From Gemmatimonadota bacterium (GTDB lineage: Bacteria > Gemmatimonadota > Gemmatimonadetes > Gemmatimonadales > Gemmatimonadaceae): 64,000 bases of DNA. Below, piece after piece: positions 31,106 through 40,978 of this stretch (position 1 is the stretch's first letter; each line of letters begins with the position of its first letter). The stretch lies in contig JAZJZK010000007.1 of assembly GCA_040389905.1 (NCBI GenBank), forward strand, positions 32,001-96,000. Reading direction: 5' to 3'. The position numbers and the translations under genes are program-made. The notes beneath the pieces are model-generated. The model did no database searches and was not told the origin of the DNA. It saw nothing but the letters and a program-made list of their open reading frames with translations.

Positions 31106-31130
31106 CTCGCTGTTATGCAGGTGAGCTGAC

Positions 31131-32165
31131 ATGACACTCGAGGAACGCTGGCACCCACTGCGCCGCGAGTGGGTCGTCGTCTCGTCGAACCGCAGCAACC
31201 GGCCGTGGCTCGGTGAGACCGTCGGCAAAGACCGCGCGGCGCTGCCGCCGCATGTCGCGGATTGCTACCTCTGTGCCGGCAATACCCGCGTATCAGGACA
31301 CACGAATCCGGACTACACCGGCGTCTACGTCTTCGACAATGATCATCCGTGTGTAAGCCCGGCGGCGCCGGTCGTCGAATCGCCGGAGTGGAGCGTCTTC
31401 CGGAATCGCCGGGCGGATGGCGTCGCGCGCGTCGTCTGCTTTACACCACGCCATGATCTGACGCTCGCCGAGCAGTCGCAGGAAGAGATCGTCGCATTGC
31501 TTCGAACGCTTCAAGAGCAATACCGTGAGCTGGGTGCTCGCCCGGAAGTGAAGCACGTGTTGATGTTCGAGAACAAGGGCGACGTCGTCGGCGTGAGCAA
31601 TCCGCATCCGCATTGTCAGATTTATGCGACGAATTTCGTCTTCAAGACCATCGAGACGGAGGCGCTGGCAGCGTCCGAGCACTTCGCCGTACGCGGTCGC
31701 GCGCTGATGGCGGACATCATCGACGCCGAGGAGGCCGATGGCCGGCGGGTCATTGCGTCGCGCGAGCAGGCGCTGGCGTTCGTGCCGTACTTTGCGCGCT
31801 ATCCGTATGAGACCTACGTGGCACCACGCGCGTCGCACGCGAGCATCGCCGATCTCTCGGAACAGGAACTCGAGGAGTTTGCGAGCGTGTTGAAGGAGAC
31901 ACTCGTTCGCATGGACAATCTGTGGCGCATGTCCTTCCCCTACGTGCTCGTGCTACATCAGGCGCCGACAGATGGCGCGACGCACCACGGTTTCCATTTT
32001 CATATCCAGATTCATCCGCCCCTGCGGAAGCCTGGCTTGCTGAAGTATCTGGCGGGCCCTGAAATCGGCGGCGGGAATTTCCTGAATGATACGGCGCCCG
32101 AGGAAAAGGCCGCGGAGCTTCGAGCCGTGAGCGCCGTGCACTACACCACGGCCGATGGCCGATAA
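31131..32165 (+). CDS. galT: galactose-1-phosphate uridylyltransferase family protein
   Basis: [19 protein letters not shown]...SNPHPHCQ. Confidence 0.9.
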   Translation: MTLEERWHPLRREWVVVSSNRSNRPWLGETVGKDRAALPPHVADCYLCAGNTRVSGHTNPDYTGVYVFDNDHPCVSPAAPVVESPEWSVFRNRRADGVARVVCFTPRHDLTLAEQSQEEIVALLRTLQEQYRELGARPEVKHVLMFENKGDVVGVSNPHPHCQIYATNFVFKTIETEALAASEHFAVRGRALMADIIDAEEADGRRVIASREQALAFVPYFARYPYETYVAPRASHASIADLSEQELEEFASVLKETLVRMDNLWRMSFPYVLVLHQAPTDGATHHGFHFHIQIHPPLRKPGLLKYLAGPEIGGGNFLNDTAPEEKAAELRAVSAVHYTTADGR

Positions 32166-32205
32166 CGCTCGTTTTGTCGCCCTGAGTGAAACGAAGGGCC
32201 CGCAC
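32166..32205. repeat. REP-like family B copy
   Basis: CGCTCGTTTTGTCGCCCTGAGTGAAACGAAGGGCCCGCAC. Confidence 0.8.
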
Positions 32206-32219
32206 CTCACGCAGTTACC

Positions 32220-33221
32220 ATGAACACGCTGCTCGCCCCCATTCTCGCCATGCACGACCGCATCCGCGACGCGGTCGTCGCCGCGTGCGAGCAACAGAGT
32301 GCGGCCGCGATGTCGGCGGTGGCGCACGACGACGACGGCGACACCATCTACGCCGTAGATCGCGTCAGCGAGGACACGCTCGTCGCCTGTCTCGCCGACC
32401 TTGCCAAGTCGGAGCCTCTCGTCCTCATCGCCGAAGGCTTGCCGTCCGAAGGCCTCGTGCTCGGCGCATCTACCGACTCAGACTGCCAGTGGCGCGTCCT
32501 CGTCGACCCGATCGATGGCACGCGGGGCCTCATGTACCAGAAGCGGCCTGCGTGGATTCTCACCGGCGTTGCGCCGAATCGCGGAACGGAAACGAGGCTG
32601 CGGGACATCACTCTCGCCGTACAGTCCGAAATCCCACTGGTAAAACAGCATCTGTGTGACCAGGCGTGGGCGATACGTGGACAGGGCGCCGAGGCGCAGC
32701 GCATCAATCGCCTCACCGGGGAACGGCTGCCGCTGACGCTGCGGCCGTCGGGCGACTCGACGATTGCCCATGGATTCGCATCCATCAGCCGCTTCTTCCC
32801 AGGCGCGCGCGATGTCCTGGCGTCGATCGATGATGAGATCGCCGTCGCGGTCTCGGGCCCGTTGGTGGATGGAAAGGCACTGTGCTTCGAGGACCAGTAC
32901 ATCTCCACGGGCGGGCAGTTGTATGAGATGATGGCTGGCCACGATCGCTTCATTGCCGACATTCGTCCGCTGCTCAACGCGCTGCTGACGGCGCGTGGCA
33001 TGCCACACCCGCTCTGCTGTCATCCCTATGACCTCTGCGCCGTGCTCATCGCGGAAGAGTTGGGGCTGATCGTCACCGACGCGCACGGCAACCCGCTCGA
33101 TGCAACGATGGATCTCGAGAGCGACGTGTCGTGGGTCGGGTACGCGAACGACGCGCTCCGCGCCCGCGTTGAGCCTGCGTTGCGCGCTGCGCTCACGAGC
33201 AGGGGATTGCTCGCTACGTGA
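32220..33221 (+). CDS. inositol monophosphatase-superfamily protein
   Basis: VDPIDGT motif; HPYD-type C-terminal motif. Confidence 0.85.
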   Translation: MNTLLAPILAMHDRIRDAVVAACEQQSAAAMSAVAHDDDGDTIYAVDRVSEDTLVACLADLAKSEPLVLIAEGLPSEGLVLGASTDSDCQWRVLVDPIDGTRGLMYQKRPAWILTGVAPNRGTETRLRDITLAVQSEIPLVKQHLCDQAWAIRGQGAEAQRINRLTGERLPLTLRPSGDSTIAHGFASISRFFPGARDVLASIDDEIAVAVSGPLVDGKALCFEDQYISTGGQLYEMMAGHDRFIADIRPLLNALLTARGMPHPLCCHPYDLCAVLIAEELGLIVTDAHGNPLDATMDLESDVSWVGYANDALRARVEPALRAALTSRGLLAT

Positions 33222-34594
33222 GCACAGCTGACGGTTTCTTCAGTGGAGATGAGCCGATCATCGTCGCGCGCGCTCCCGGCCGGCTCGACGTGATGGGCGG
33301 CATCGCGGATTACAGCGGGTCACTGGTACTTCAGCTTCCCCTCGATCGCCACACGGTGGTGACGGCGCAGCGCCAGCGCGAACCAATGCTCGACGTCGTA
33401 TCCGTGCGTGAGGGTGCGGAGTCGGTCATGCGCATGACCACCGAGGGCATTCTCGCCGTAGGTTCGAGGAGTCCCAGGCGACTCGGAGAGGCCTTCGAGC
33501 ACACACCGGACGCCCACTGGATGAGCTACATCGCCGGTGTTGCGCTTGTCGTGCTGAAGCGCCTTGGGCCAGCGGCGGCGGCGTCGCCGCTCAAGGGTCT
33601 TCGCATGCGCATCGAGTCCACTGTGCCCGAGGGAAAAGGCGTCAGCTCGTCGGCCGCGCTCGAAGTCGCTTCGCTCGCCGCGATTGCGGCGGCGTACCAC
33701 GTCGACATGACCTCCGAGGAGATCGCCCTCTCGAGCCAGTGGGCAGAGAATCATGTCGCGGGTGCGCCCTGCGGCATCATGGACCAGATGACGAGCGCCT
33801 GCGGGCGTCGTGATCACCTGCTTCGACTGCGTTGTCAGCCCGCGAGAATCGAGGGACACGTCGCCATCCCCGGCGGGTATCGGTTCTTCGGAATCGACTC
33901 CGGCGTTCGGCACGCGGTTACCGGCGCCGACTACGGCACGGTGCGCACCGCGGCGTTCATGGGGTATCGCATCATTGCGGACCTCGCGCAGTTCCCCGCT
34001 GTGCAGAAGGGAGAACTCATGCGAGTGGACGACCGTCGGTGGAACGGCTATCTGGCGAATATTGCGCCGGTCGAGTTCGTGCGAGACTTCGAAGCACGCT
34101 TGCCGGAAGCGATGTCAGGCGCGGAATTCATCGCGCGCTACCAGGGCACCACGGACTCGGTGACTCGCGTAAAGCCGGAGCGCACGTATCCCGTTCGTCA
34201 GGCGACCGCGCATCCGATTCACGAGAACGCGCGCGTGGCGGAGTTCGCAAATCTGCTCGAGCGTCTCACGTCCGATCCTGCGGCGGCGCAGCAGATGGGT
34301 CAACTCATGCACGCGTCGCACGAGAGCTACGGTGCCTGTGGACTTGGTAGCGAGGGTACCGATCGGCTCGTTGCGATGGTAACGGAATGTGGCGTGGAGA
34401 AGGGACTCTTCGGTGCAAAAATCACCGGCGGTGGCAGTGGCGGCACCGTCGCGATACTCGGCCGCACTGATGCGGAGAGTTGCGTGCGGCAGATCGCGCG
34501 CCGCTATGAAGAGGAGACGGGGCGATTCGCCGATGTGTTCGCCGGCTCAGGGGCCGGGTTGTCGTATGACACGTCTACGGGCGATACGCACTGA
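33218..34594 (+). CDS. GHMP sugar kinase (galactokinase/L-arabinokinase-like)
   Basis: [49 protein letters not shown]. Confidence 0.9.
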   Translation: MSTADGFFSGDEPIIVARAPGRLDVMGGIADYSGSLVLQLPLDRHTVVTAQRQREPMLDVVSVREGAESVMRMTTEGILAVGSRSPRRLGEAFEHTPDAHWMSYIAGVALVVLKRLGPAAAASPLKGLRMRIESTVPEGKGVSSSAALEVASLAAIAAAYHVDMTSEEIALSSQWAENHVAGAPCGIMDQMTSACGRRDHLLRLRCQPARIEGHVAIPGGYRFFGIDSGVRHAVTGADYGTVRTAAFMGYRIIADLAQFPAVQKGELMRVDDRRWNGYLANIAPVEFVRDFEARLPEAMSGAEFIARYQGTTDSVTRVKPERTYPVRQATAHPIHENARVAEFANLLERLTSDPAAAQQMGQLMHASHESYGACGLGSEGTDRLVAMVTECGVEKGLFGAKITGGGSGGTVAILGRTDAESCVRQIARRYEEETGRFADVFAGSGAGLSYDTSTGDTH

Positions 34595-35057
34595 GCACGA
34601 GCCCGTCCTTCTTCATCTGGTCGTGACACGCATAACACTGCTGCGGCGTCGGTGCTGCTGCGAGTTCCGTCTTGCTGTCCTTCACGAAGCGCTGGAACCC
34701 CCAGCCGCCGGTGCTCGCATACGTCACTGAGTCCTTGACCATCACGTCGACCTGACGACGCGCGCCCTCGGCGAACGCGCCGTTCGACTCGGACATCGCC
34801 AGCCAGTCGAACACGACGACTGAACCCTCCGGGAAAACGCGTGTGCGATAGCCGGTCATCGCTTGCGTGTTTGCGTAGATGTGCTGGAAGCCGCCCTGGC
34901 TCGCGAAGTTCTTGTGGCTGGGGCTGACGACGCTGCTCTTCACGTGCGTCCAACCACGGTACCCGTCGGGGTAGGGAACGGCGTCCGCGCTATGACTGCG
35001 AGCGGCGGCAACACTTCCTGTGATGAAGAGCAGCGCGAGGGGGACGATGAGCCTCAT
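34575..35057 (-). CDS. cytochrome P460-family protein (probably c'-beta type)
   Basis: Signal peptide, YPDGYRGW, HIYAN, FPEGSVVVFD, VMVKDS, GGWGF, C-terminal CYACH. Confidence 0.88.
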   Translation of the reverse strand: MRLIVPLALLFITGSVAAARSHSADAVPYPDGYRGWTHVKSSVVSPSHKNFASQGGFQHIYANTQAMTGYRTRVFPEGSVVVFDWLAMSESNGAFAEGARRQVDVMVKDSVTYASTGGWGFQRFVKDSKTELAAAPTPQQCYACHDQMKKDGLVLSAYRP

Positions 35058-35313
35058 TGAATGCTCCGAGTCGGATTCTTCGCGCCGCTGGCCGACGCCA
35101 TCAGTATCACCCCGCGCAGGGCACTTCCGTCATTCCGAGGGTGTTGGGCCATTGGGCGCGTGAACCGCTCACCGCTCCCAATTTCCGCCCGCGCCCGCAC
35201 CCGAGCCCGGGTCCGAGCCTGCAGGCAAGCCCCAGCCCCGGCCCTAGCCCAAGCCCGCGGTTGGCCCGTGACGCAGAGGGCGCGGAGAAGAGGAAATCGG
35301 AAAGTCGAGGTTC

Positions 35314-36687
35314 CTAGCGGAGCACCGAGTTGCCATCGGGACCCAGGAACGCCGCGAGCCGCTGCGCAGGAACGGCATACACGATCCGCCCGCCGCTCTC
35401 CTTCGCGCCGCCGTAGATCACGCCAACCACCGTGCCCGAGGCGTCGAACAGCGGTGAGCCGCTCGACCCATGTCCCGCGAAGGAGTCCATCTGGATCACG
35501 TCATCGAGACGCTTGCTCACGGTGCCCGGCGTGATCGTCGTTCGCGCGACCAGGTCCGTCAGCGACGACCCGCCCATCGGCGTGTCGTTGGCAAGCGGAT
35601 ATCCGATCGACGCGACCGGCGCGCCCACCTTCGCCAGTTGTCCTTCACGACTCACGCCGCTCACGACGGGCCGCGGTGTGGTGCCGTCGATCTGAATGAG
35701 GGCGAGATCATCCGTGTCGCTCACGCGGACGATCTTCGCCGGCGTCCAGCCTTGCTTGTTCGCGAACAACACCGCGATCCGCCGAGCAGGCTGGCCCGCT
35801 TCCGTGCGCACGACGTGCTTGTTGGTCACCAGCAAGCCGCTCGCAGAAATGCAGAACGCCGTACCCGCCGTCGGAACCCCATCGAGATCGGACACCACCA
35901 TCGCGACTGCGGCGTCATTCAACGTGGACACTTTGCTGAAATCCATCTGGAGCGCGGCGGGCGACTGGCGCATTCGCTGCGAGAGCGCCTCCACAGAGCC
36001 CGCGGTCATCGTACCACCGGCGATCATCGCCTTCGCTCGCTGGATCTCGCCCTCCTTCTCGGCGATCTCCTGCTTGAGGCGATTCATCAACGCCGTGTCC
36101 GTCGCCGGAATCGACGCAAGCGCCTTCTGCAGTGCGGCCGTCGTGCTATCGCCGCGCGCGATGAGCGCGGCATACTCTGCCTCGCGCGCGGCACTCTGTT
36201 TTTGCGTCCACGCAAACGCCGCGGCGCCCGCGATCACGAGAAGCCCGATGACCACCGCAAAAGTGTTGCGAAGGGTCTTGGTTTGCTTCTTGACTTCGAT
36301 CGCCACGCGCACGCCGGTGTCGATGCGCTTGGCGCCCGGTGCGGCCGCACTTCCCGCGGGCGGCGACTTCCTCGACGCACCGACGCCACGCACTTCGACG
36401 CGCGGTCCGTTCGCACCGAACGTGATGATGTCGCCATCGTAGATGCGACATTCGCCGGTCACGCGCTCGCCATTCACCAGCGTGCCGTTCGTGCTCCCCA
36501 GATCGGTGACGATCCACCCATCGGCATTCTTGCGGAGCTCAGCGTGACGAGTCGAGACGTCGAGGTCCTTCTGCGGATCGAACCGCACGTCGCTCGTCGC
36601 ATGCCGGCCGACGCTGACTTCCTCCGTATCGAAACGCAGTTCGTGGCCGGCACGTGAGCCGCTCAGGACCTTGAGCTCGAGCGTCAT
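35314..36687 (-). CDS. FHA domain, TM, coiled coil, trypsin-like serine protease
   Basis: FHA motifs GR, STRHA, STNGT; catalytic triad LVTNKHVV / DDLAL / GSSGSP; ATG at 36687. Confidence 0.88.
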   Translation of the reverse strand: MTLELKVLSGSRAGHELRFDTEEVSVGRHATSDVRFDPQKDLDVSTRHAELRKNADGWIVTDLGSTNGTLVNGERVTGECRIYDGDIITFGANGPRVEVRGVGASRKSPPAGSAAAPGAKRIDTGVRVAIEVKKQTKTLRNTFAVVIGLLVIAGAAAFAWTQKQSAAREAEYAALIARGDSTTAALQKALASIPATDTALMNRLKQEIAEKEGEIQRAKAMIAGGTMTAGSVEALSQRMRQSPAALQMDFSKVSTLNDAAVAMVVSDLDGVPTAGTAFCISASGLLVTNKHVVRTEAGQPARRIAVLFANKQGWTPAKIVRVSDTDDLALIQIDGTTPRPVVSGVSREGQLAKVGAPVASIGYPLANDTPMGGSSLTDLVARTTITPGTVSKRLDDVIQMDSFAGHGSSGSPLFDASGTVVGVIYGGAKESGGRIVYAVPAQRLAAFLGPDGNSVLR

Positions 36688-37880
36688 GTGGGCGTGACTG
36701 CGGGCGGCGCGGCCTTCTTCGGTGCCATTCGCGAAACTGTGCGGTAAACGGCCCACATCGCGCCGAGGAGAAAAGCGAGCATCAGGACCAGCGCGATGAT
36801 CGAGCCACGTGTGCGGCGCTTCGCGGACACCGCCGGGGCCGTGCGAAATGCCGCGAGGGGATCGTCTTGCGGAGCGATCTTGAGCGTTGGCCGCCGAGCC
36901 TCGTCGATTCGGACGGCGTTCGTTGGCGCGGTGACGTTGCCGGGTGGCGCCGTGCCGCGCGATGCGGCGGGACTCTGGCCAGAATCCGTTGGTAACGGGA
37001 AGACGCGATGCCCAACGTCATCTCCCGAAACCGCGTGCACCAGTCCGGTCCCGTCGAATCGCACGGCGATGACCGTGATGTTATCCGGCCCACCATTCTC
37101 GTTCGCGCGGTCGATCAGGCGCTTGCACACCTGCATGAGATCGGGCTCGTCGGTCGCGACGCGCGAGATCTCGTCGATCTTCACCTGGCCGCTCAACCCA
37201 TCACTGCACAGGATCAGCACATCGCCGGTGCGCACCTGTTGGTGCGTCAGATCGACTTTGACGTTCGCCTCCGGGCCAAGCGCCTGAAGGATGATGTTAC
37301 GTCGCTCGCTCTGCTCGGCTTCCTCTTCGGTGATTTCGCCGGCTTCGATGAGCTTCTGCATCAACGATTGGTCCTTCGTGATCTGCATCGCTGTGCCGTC
37401 GCGCACGAGATACGCTCGGCTGTCGCCGACCTGCGCGAGGAACAGCGTGTCGCCCAGGACGCATGCGATCGTCGCCGTCGTACCCATGCCGCGGTACTCC
37501 GGATGCTCGAGCGCATACTGGTGGATGCGCGCGTTGGCGGTCGCCGTCGCCCGCTTGAGGGCAGCGGCGTACGTCTCCTTGTCCGGGGCGTCGGCCTCGG
37601 CGAAGGCGCCCGACAGCTCACCGAGGACGACCTCGATGGCCATCGCGCTGGCGATTTCGCCGGCCGCGGCGCCGCCCATGCCGTCGGCCACCATGAACAG
37701 CGATCCACGGTCACCCACGATGTGTGTGCGTACCTCTGGTTGGAGAGTCGCATTGCCGCGAGTCAGGTCCGCAACGACGAACGCGTCCTCGTTGTGCTCA
37801 CGAGTGCGTCCAACGTCCGTTCGGCCAAAGACGTGGACGACGACTTGTCCAATCGATCCCGATTCTTGGGGTGCAGTCAC
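36684..37880 (-). CDS. PP2C-family (Stp1-like) Ser/Thr phosphatase with C-terminal TM
   Basis: GRTREHNED, VADGMGG, GMGTT, VGDSRAY, CSDGL, DNIT. Confidence 0.93.
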   Translation of the reverse strand: MTAPQESGSIGQVVVHVFGRTDVGRTREHNEDAFVVADLTRGNATLQPEVRTHIVGDRGSLFMVADGMGGAAAGEIASAMAIEVVLGELSGAFAEADAPDKETYAAALKRATATANARIHQYALEHPEYRGMGTTATIACVLGDTLFLAQVGDSRAYLVRDGTAMQITKDQSLMQKLIEAGEITEEEAEQSERRNIILQALGPEANVKVDLTHQQVRTGDVLILCSDGLSGQVKIDEISRVATDEPDLMQVCKRLIDRANENGGPDNITVIAVRFDGTGLVHAVSGDDVGHRVFPLPTDSGQSPAASRGTAPPGNVTAPTNAVRIDEARRPTLKIAPQDDPLAAFRTAPAVSAKRRTRGSIIALVLMLAFLLGAMWAVYRTVSRMAPKKAAPPAVTPT

Positions 37881-37884
37881 AGGA

Positions 37885-39570
37885 TCACGGCGTTCCGCAG
37901 GATTGAAGTGCTTCGGTGAAGTCGGATTTTAACTCACCGTGGAGGTCGTTTGCCCGAAGTACCCGCAAGAGACGACAGCCTTTCTCCGCGCCCACCGCAA
38001 TCATCGTCGCCTTGGCTTCGACGAACGCCATGGCGGCCTTGTCGGCAGGCAAGGTCACTTTCGCTTCGTAGTCTGCCAGCTTCTTGAGTGCAGCCTGCGC
38101 TGTTACGTCGTTGATGATCGAATTCGAGAGCGACAGCAGATCTGCGTCATATGACACTGCGACGATCGGCCCGGTTGTACCCGCCGGCGGATTGACCGCG
38201 CCAGCAGCCTTCGTGCCGGGGTTGCCGGAGCCCTGACCACCCGTGTTTCCTCGATTGCCGGTGTTGGACGCACCAGATGGAGTTTGTGTCGCCGGTGGCG
38301 CCGTCGCTGTGACCGGCGTCGCAGCTTTTGACGTATCGGTGCCCGGCGGCGCGTCCTTTTTCCCCATCTGCGTGTACGCCACGAAGGCGATCGCCACGGC
38401 TGCCACACCCACGCCGACGTACAGTCCCGTGCTCGACTTGGCAGGAGCGGCAGGAGGCGCGTACGCGGGCGGAGGCGCAACAGGAGCCACCGGTGCCGGT
38501 GCAGGCGCGGCCGACGCACTCGCGTCGATCCGCGTCGGCGGCGGGGCACTCATCACCGCGGTCGCGCCGTCTATCGCGCCTACCATCTGAGTCGCGGCGG
38601 GCGCCTGTTTCGGCATCCGCTCGACCGCCACGAGCAGGTCGGTCCCAAAGTCCGATGCCTTGCCGTACCGGTCTTCGCGGCGTCGCTGCAATGCCTTCCG
38701 CATCACACTCTGGACCTCCGCAGACCAACTCCGGTCGGGCTTCATTTCCTGGAGCGACTTCGGCTCATCCGTGAGCCGCATGATCATCGACTCCTGCGCC
38801 GACTCGCTGGGGAAGGGAAGCTTGCCCGTGAACATGTTGAACGCCACGAGCGCCAGCGAATAGATGTCACTTCGCCCGTCCAATTTGTCACCGGCGAGCT
38901 GCTCGGGGCTCATGTACTCCGGCGTCCCAACCACGAGTCCCGTCTTCGTCACCTTCTGGTTCTCGGCGCCGGCCGCTTTCGCGATGCCGAAATCGACCAC
39001 CTTCACGCAATCCGACCCGTCGCGATTCTTCGCGATCATGATGTTATCGGGCTTGAGATCGCGATGGACGATTCCCATGTCGTGCGCAACGGCGAGGCCG
39101 TCTGCCGCCTGCTTGGTGATGTCCGCCGCGCGCGTCGGCGGCAGCGCACCAGCGGATTCCACCAGCGCCGTGAGCGACTGCCCCTCGATGAACTCCATCG
39201 CGAGGTAGATCAGCCCGTCCGGCGTTTCACCGAAGTCGTAGATGCCCGCGACGTTCGGGTGGTTGATCCGGCTCGCGTTCGCCGCCTCGCGATTGAAGCG
39301 GCTGATCGCGTCGGCGTCGTGCACCATGCCGGGGTTCATCACCTTCACAGCGCTCTTGCGCCCCATCTTCACGTGTTCGGCGAGATACACCTGACCCATC
39401 CCGCCTTCGCCCAACTTCTTGAGCACGTGATATCGCTCGGCGATGATCGATCCGACGAGGTCGTTGCTCTCGCCGCCCTGCGAGCGCAGGGCCGTGCCGT
39501 CCCGGGGGCAGAAACGTTCGTTCGCGGGGTACTCCGTGCCGCAGGTCGGGCAGATCTTTTCAACACTCAC
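37885..39570 (-). CDS. membrane Ser/Thr protein kinase with N-terminal zinc ribbon
   Basis: CPTC...CPRD; LGEGGMGQVY, HRDLKPDN, DFGIAK, YMSPEQ; TM segment. Confidence 0.94.
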   Translation of the reverse strand: MSVEKICPTCGTEYPANERFCPRDGTALRSQGGESNDLVGSIIAERYHVLKKLGEGGMGQVYLAEHVKMGRKSAVKVMNPGMVHDADAISRFNREAANASRINHPNVAGIYDFGETPDGLIYLAMEFIEGQSLTALVESAGALPPTRAADITKQAADGLAVAHDMGIVHRDLKPDNIMIAKNRDGSDCVKVVDFGIAKAAGAENQKVTKTGLVVGTPEYMSPEQLAGDKLDGRSDIYSLALVAFNMFTGKLPFPSESAQESMIMRLTDEPKSLQEMKPDRSWSAEVQSVMRKALQRRREDRYGKASDFGTDLLVAVERMPKQAPAATQMVGAIDGATAVMSAPPPTRIDASASAAPAPAPVAPVAPPPAYAPPAAPAKSSTGLYVGVGVAAVAIAFVAYTQMGKKDAPPGTDTSKAATPVTATAPPATQTPSGASNTGNRGNTGGQGSGNPGTKAAGAVNPPAGTTGPIVAVSYDADLLSLSNSIINDVTAQAALKKLADYEAKVTLPADKAAMAFVEAKATMIAVGAEKGCRLLRVLRANDLHGELKSDFTEALQSCGTP

Positions 39571-40652
39571 GAGCCGACACTCTCTATGCGAAGGATCTGG
39601 TCTCCAATGAGAACGCGCTGCCCCGGCTTGAGCACGCGGTCGCCGCGGACGCCCACCGCCACACCGTTGCGGCTGCCCGCATCGTGGACGAAGAACTCCG
39701 CATCCTGACTTCGAATCTCTGCGTGTTTCCCACTCATGGTTTGATCGTACGGGAAAACCCAGTCGCCTGATTCGCGGCCGAGCAACACGGTGCGAGCGGG
39801 AGAAAGGTGGAAGGTGTCGCGCACGCTGCCATCGGCGCGGAGCTGCTCCAGCACGGCGACGTCGGCGGACGGCACCAGGGAGCCCATGCGTCGCGTGGCG
39901 TCGGCCTCGGGTGGATGCGGGCCCGGATAGCCGAGGCGCCGGAAGCGAATGAGCTGCGACCCGACGAGGATCACGTCACAATCGGCGAGCCGTGTCGGCC
40001 CATCGATGAACGTCCACGTCCCGTTTCGCGAACCGAGGTCGCGGATCCAGAGCTCGCCGTCGCGAAGGTCGAACCGCGCGTGGAGCGGCGAGAGAAACAC
40101 GTCTTCGAACTTGATATCGGCTTCGCCGCGGCCCACGACGGCCTCGCCCCGATCGAGCGTGAACGTCTTCGAGATCGCTCCGTTGTCGTCGAGCAGCGCG
40201 AGCCGAGGGCTGTTCTCGGGAGGCGTCCCCACGAGTGTGCCGAACGCGTTGTTGACTTCCACGCTCACACGCTGGCCGACGCGGGTGCCGCACCGCGCGC
40301 AGAACAAATCCACGCCATCCATATAGGTAGCGCCGCAGGTCCAGCACGCTCCCGACCCGACGGATGCGGTGACGCGCGTACCACAATGGCCGCAGAACGG
40401 CTGCGTGAGGTCAACGTCCTTGGCACACTTCGGGCACGTCTGCGAGTCCGCGGCCGGCGGGCGCGGGGGTTGCACCAACGCCCCGGAACCGACGGCGGCG
40501 CCTGGTATGGGCGCGCTGTTGCGGATCACGGGCGCAGCCGTGGGCATTGGCCGAGCCGCCGATGCAGAAATCGGCTTGCCGCAGTCCATGCAGAAGCGGG
40601 ACACCGGCTCGTTGTCACGGCCGCAGAAGGCGCAGGAGACGAGTTCCGTCAC
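39567..40652 (-). CDS. zinc-ribbon and double FHA domain protein
   Basis: Six CxxC motifs; two FHA domains (SPLHA...SRNGT; SGKHA...SRNGV). Confidence 0.88.
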   Translation of the reverse strand: MTELVSCAFCGRDNEPVSRFCMDCGKPISASAARPMPTAAPVIRNSAPIPGAAVGSGALVQPPRPPAADSQTCPKCAKDVDLTQPFCGHCGTRVTASVGSGACWTCGATYMDGVDLFCARCGTRVGQRVSVEVNNAFGTLVGTPPENSPRLALLDDNGAISKTFTLDRGEAVVGRGEADIKFEDVFLSPLHARFDLRDGELWIRDLGSRNGTWTFIDGPTRLADCDVILVGSQLIRFRRLGYPGPHPPEADATRRMGSLVPSADVAVLEQLRADGSVRDTFHLSPARTVLLGRESGDWVFPYDQTMSGKHAEIRSQDAEFFVHDAGSRNGVAVGVRGDRVLKPGQRVLIGDQILRIESVGS

Positions 40653-40755
40653 GAGAGATTGGAGGCAACCATGTGGCGCGAATATATGGGGCGCGAAACA
40701 GGGGCGTCAACAAACCGGCCAGTATTCAATGTCATTCGTCCCAATTGAGAAGAAT

Positions 40756-40920
40756 TGTCACCCCCACGGTCATCCCGAGCGATTGGGCAAACTACCTGTC
40801 ATCCCGAGCGAGCGAAGCGAAGAGCTGTCATCCCGAGCGAGCGAAGCGAGTCGAGGGATCTGCACCTTCAGTTCCGCCCTTCCGCTCGTTTGTCGCCCGG
40901 GCAAAACGAAGGGCCTGCAC
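40756..40920. repeat. composite REP cluster: stacked partial and full family A copies plus one family B copy
   Basis: (T)GTCA(T/C)CCC starts at 40756, 40769, 40797 and 40826; B copy at 40884-40920. Confidence 0.85.
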
Positions 40921-40978
40921 ACTCCCGCGACGTGCCCAGCGTAGCCTGCTCCAGCGAACCTCGTTTACCTTAACTCCC

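Noticed and set aside
40756..40920. Possible CRISPR array
   Set aside because: Units are partial, irregularly spaced and dispersed elsewhere in the window; there are no constant-length spacers and no cas genes.
40547..40978. N-terminal ORF extensions in the track (also 45550-45948, 27917-28054, 20878-21060)
   Set aside because: They are read-throughs of repeats or intergenic DNA; better starts with signal peptides or domain boundaries lie downstream.
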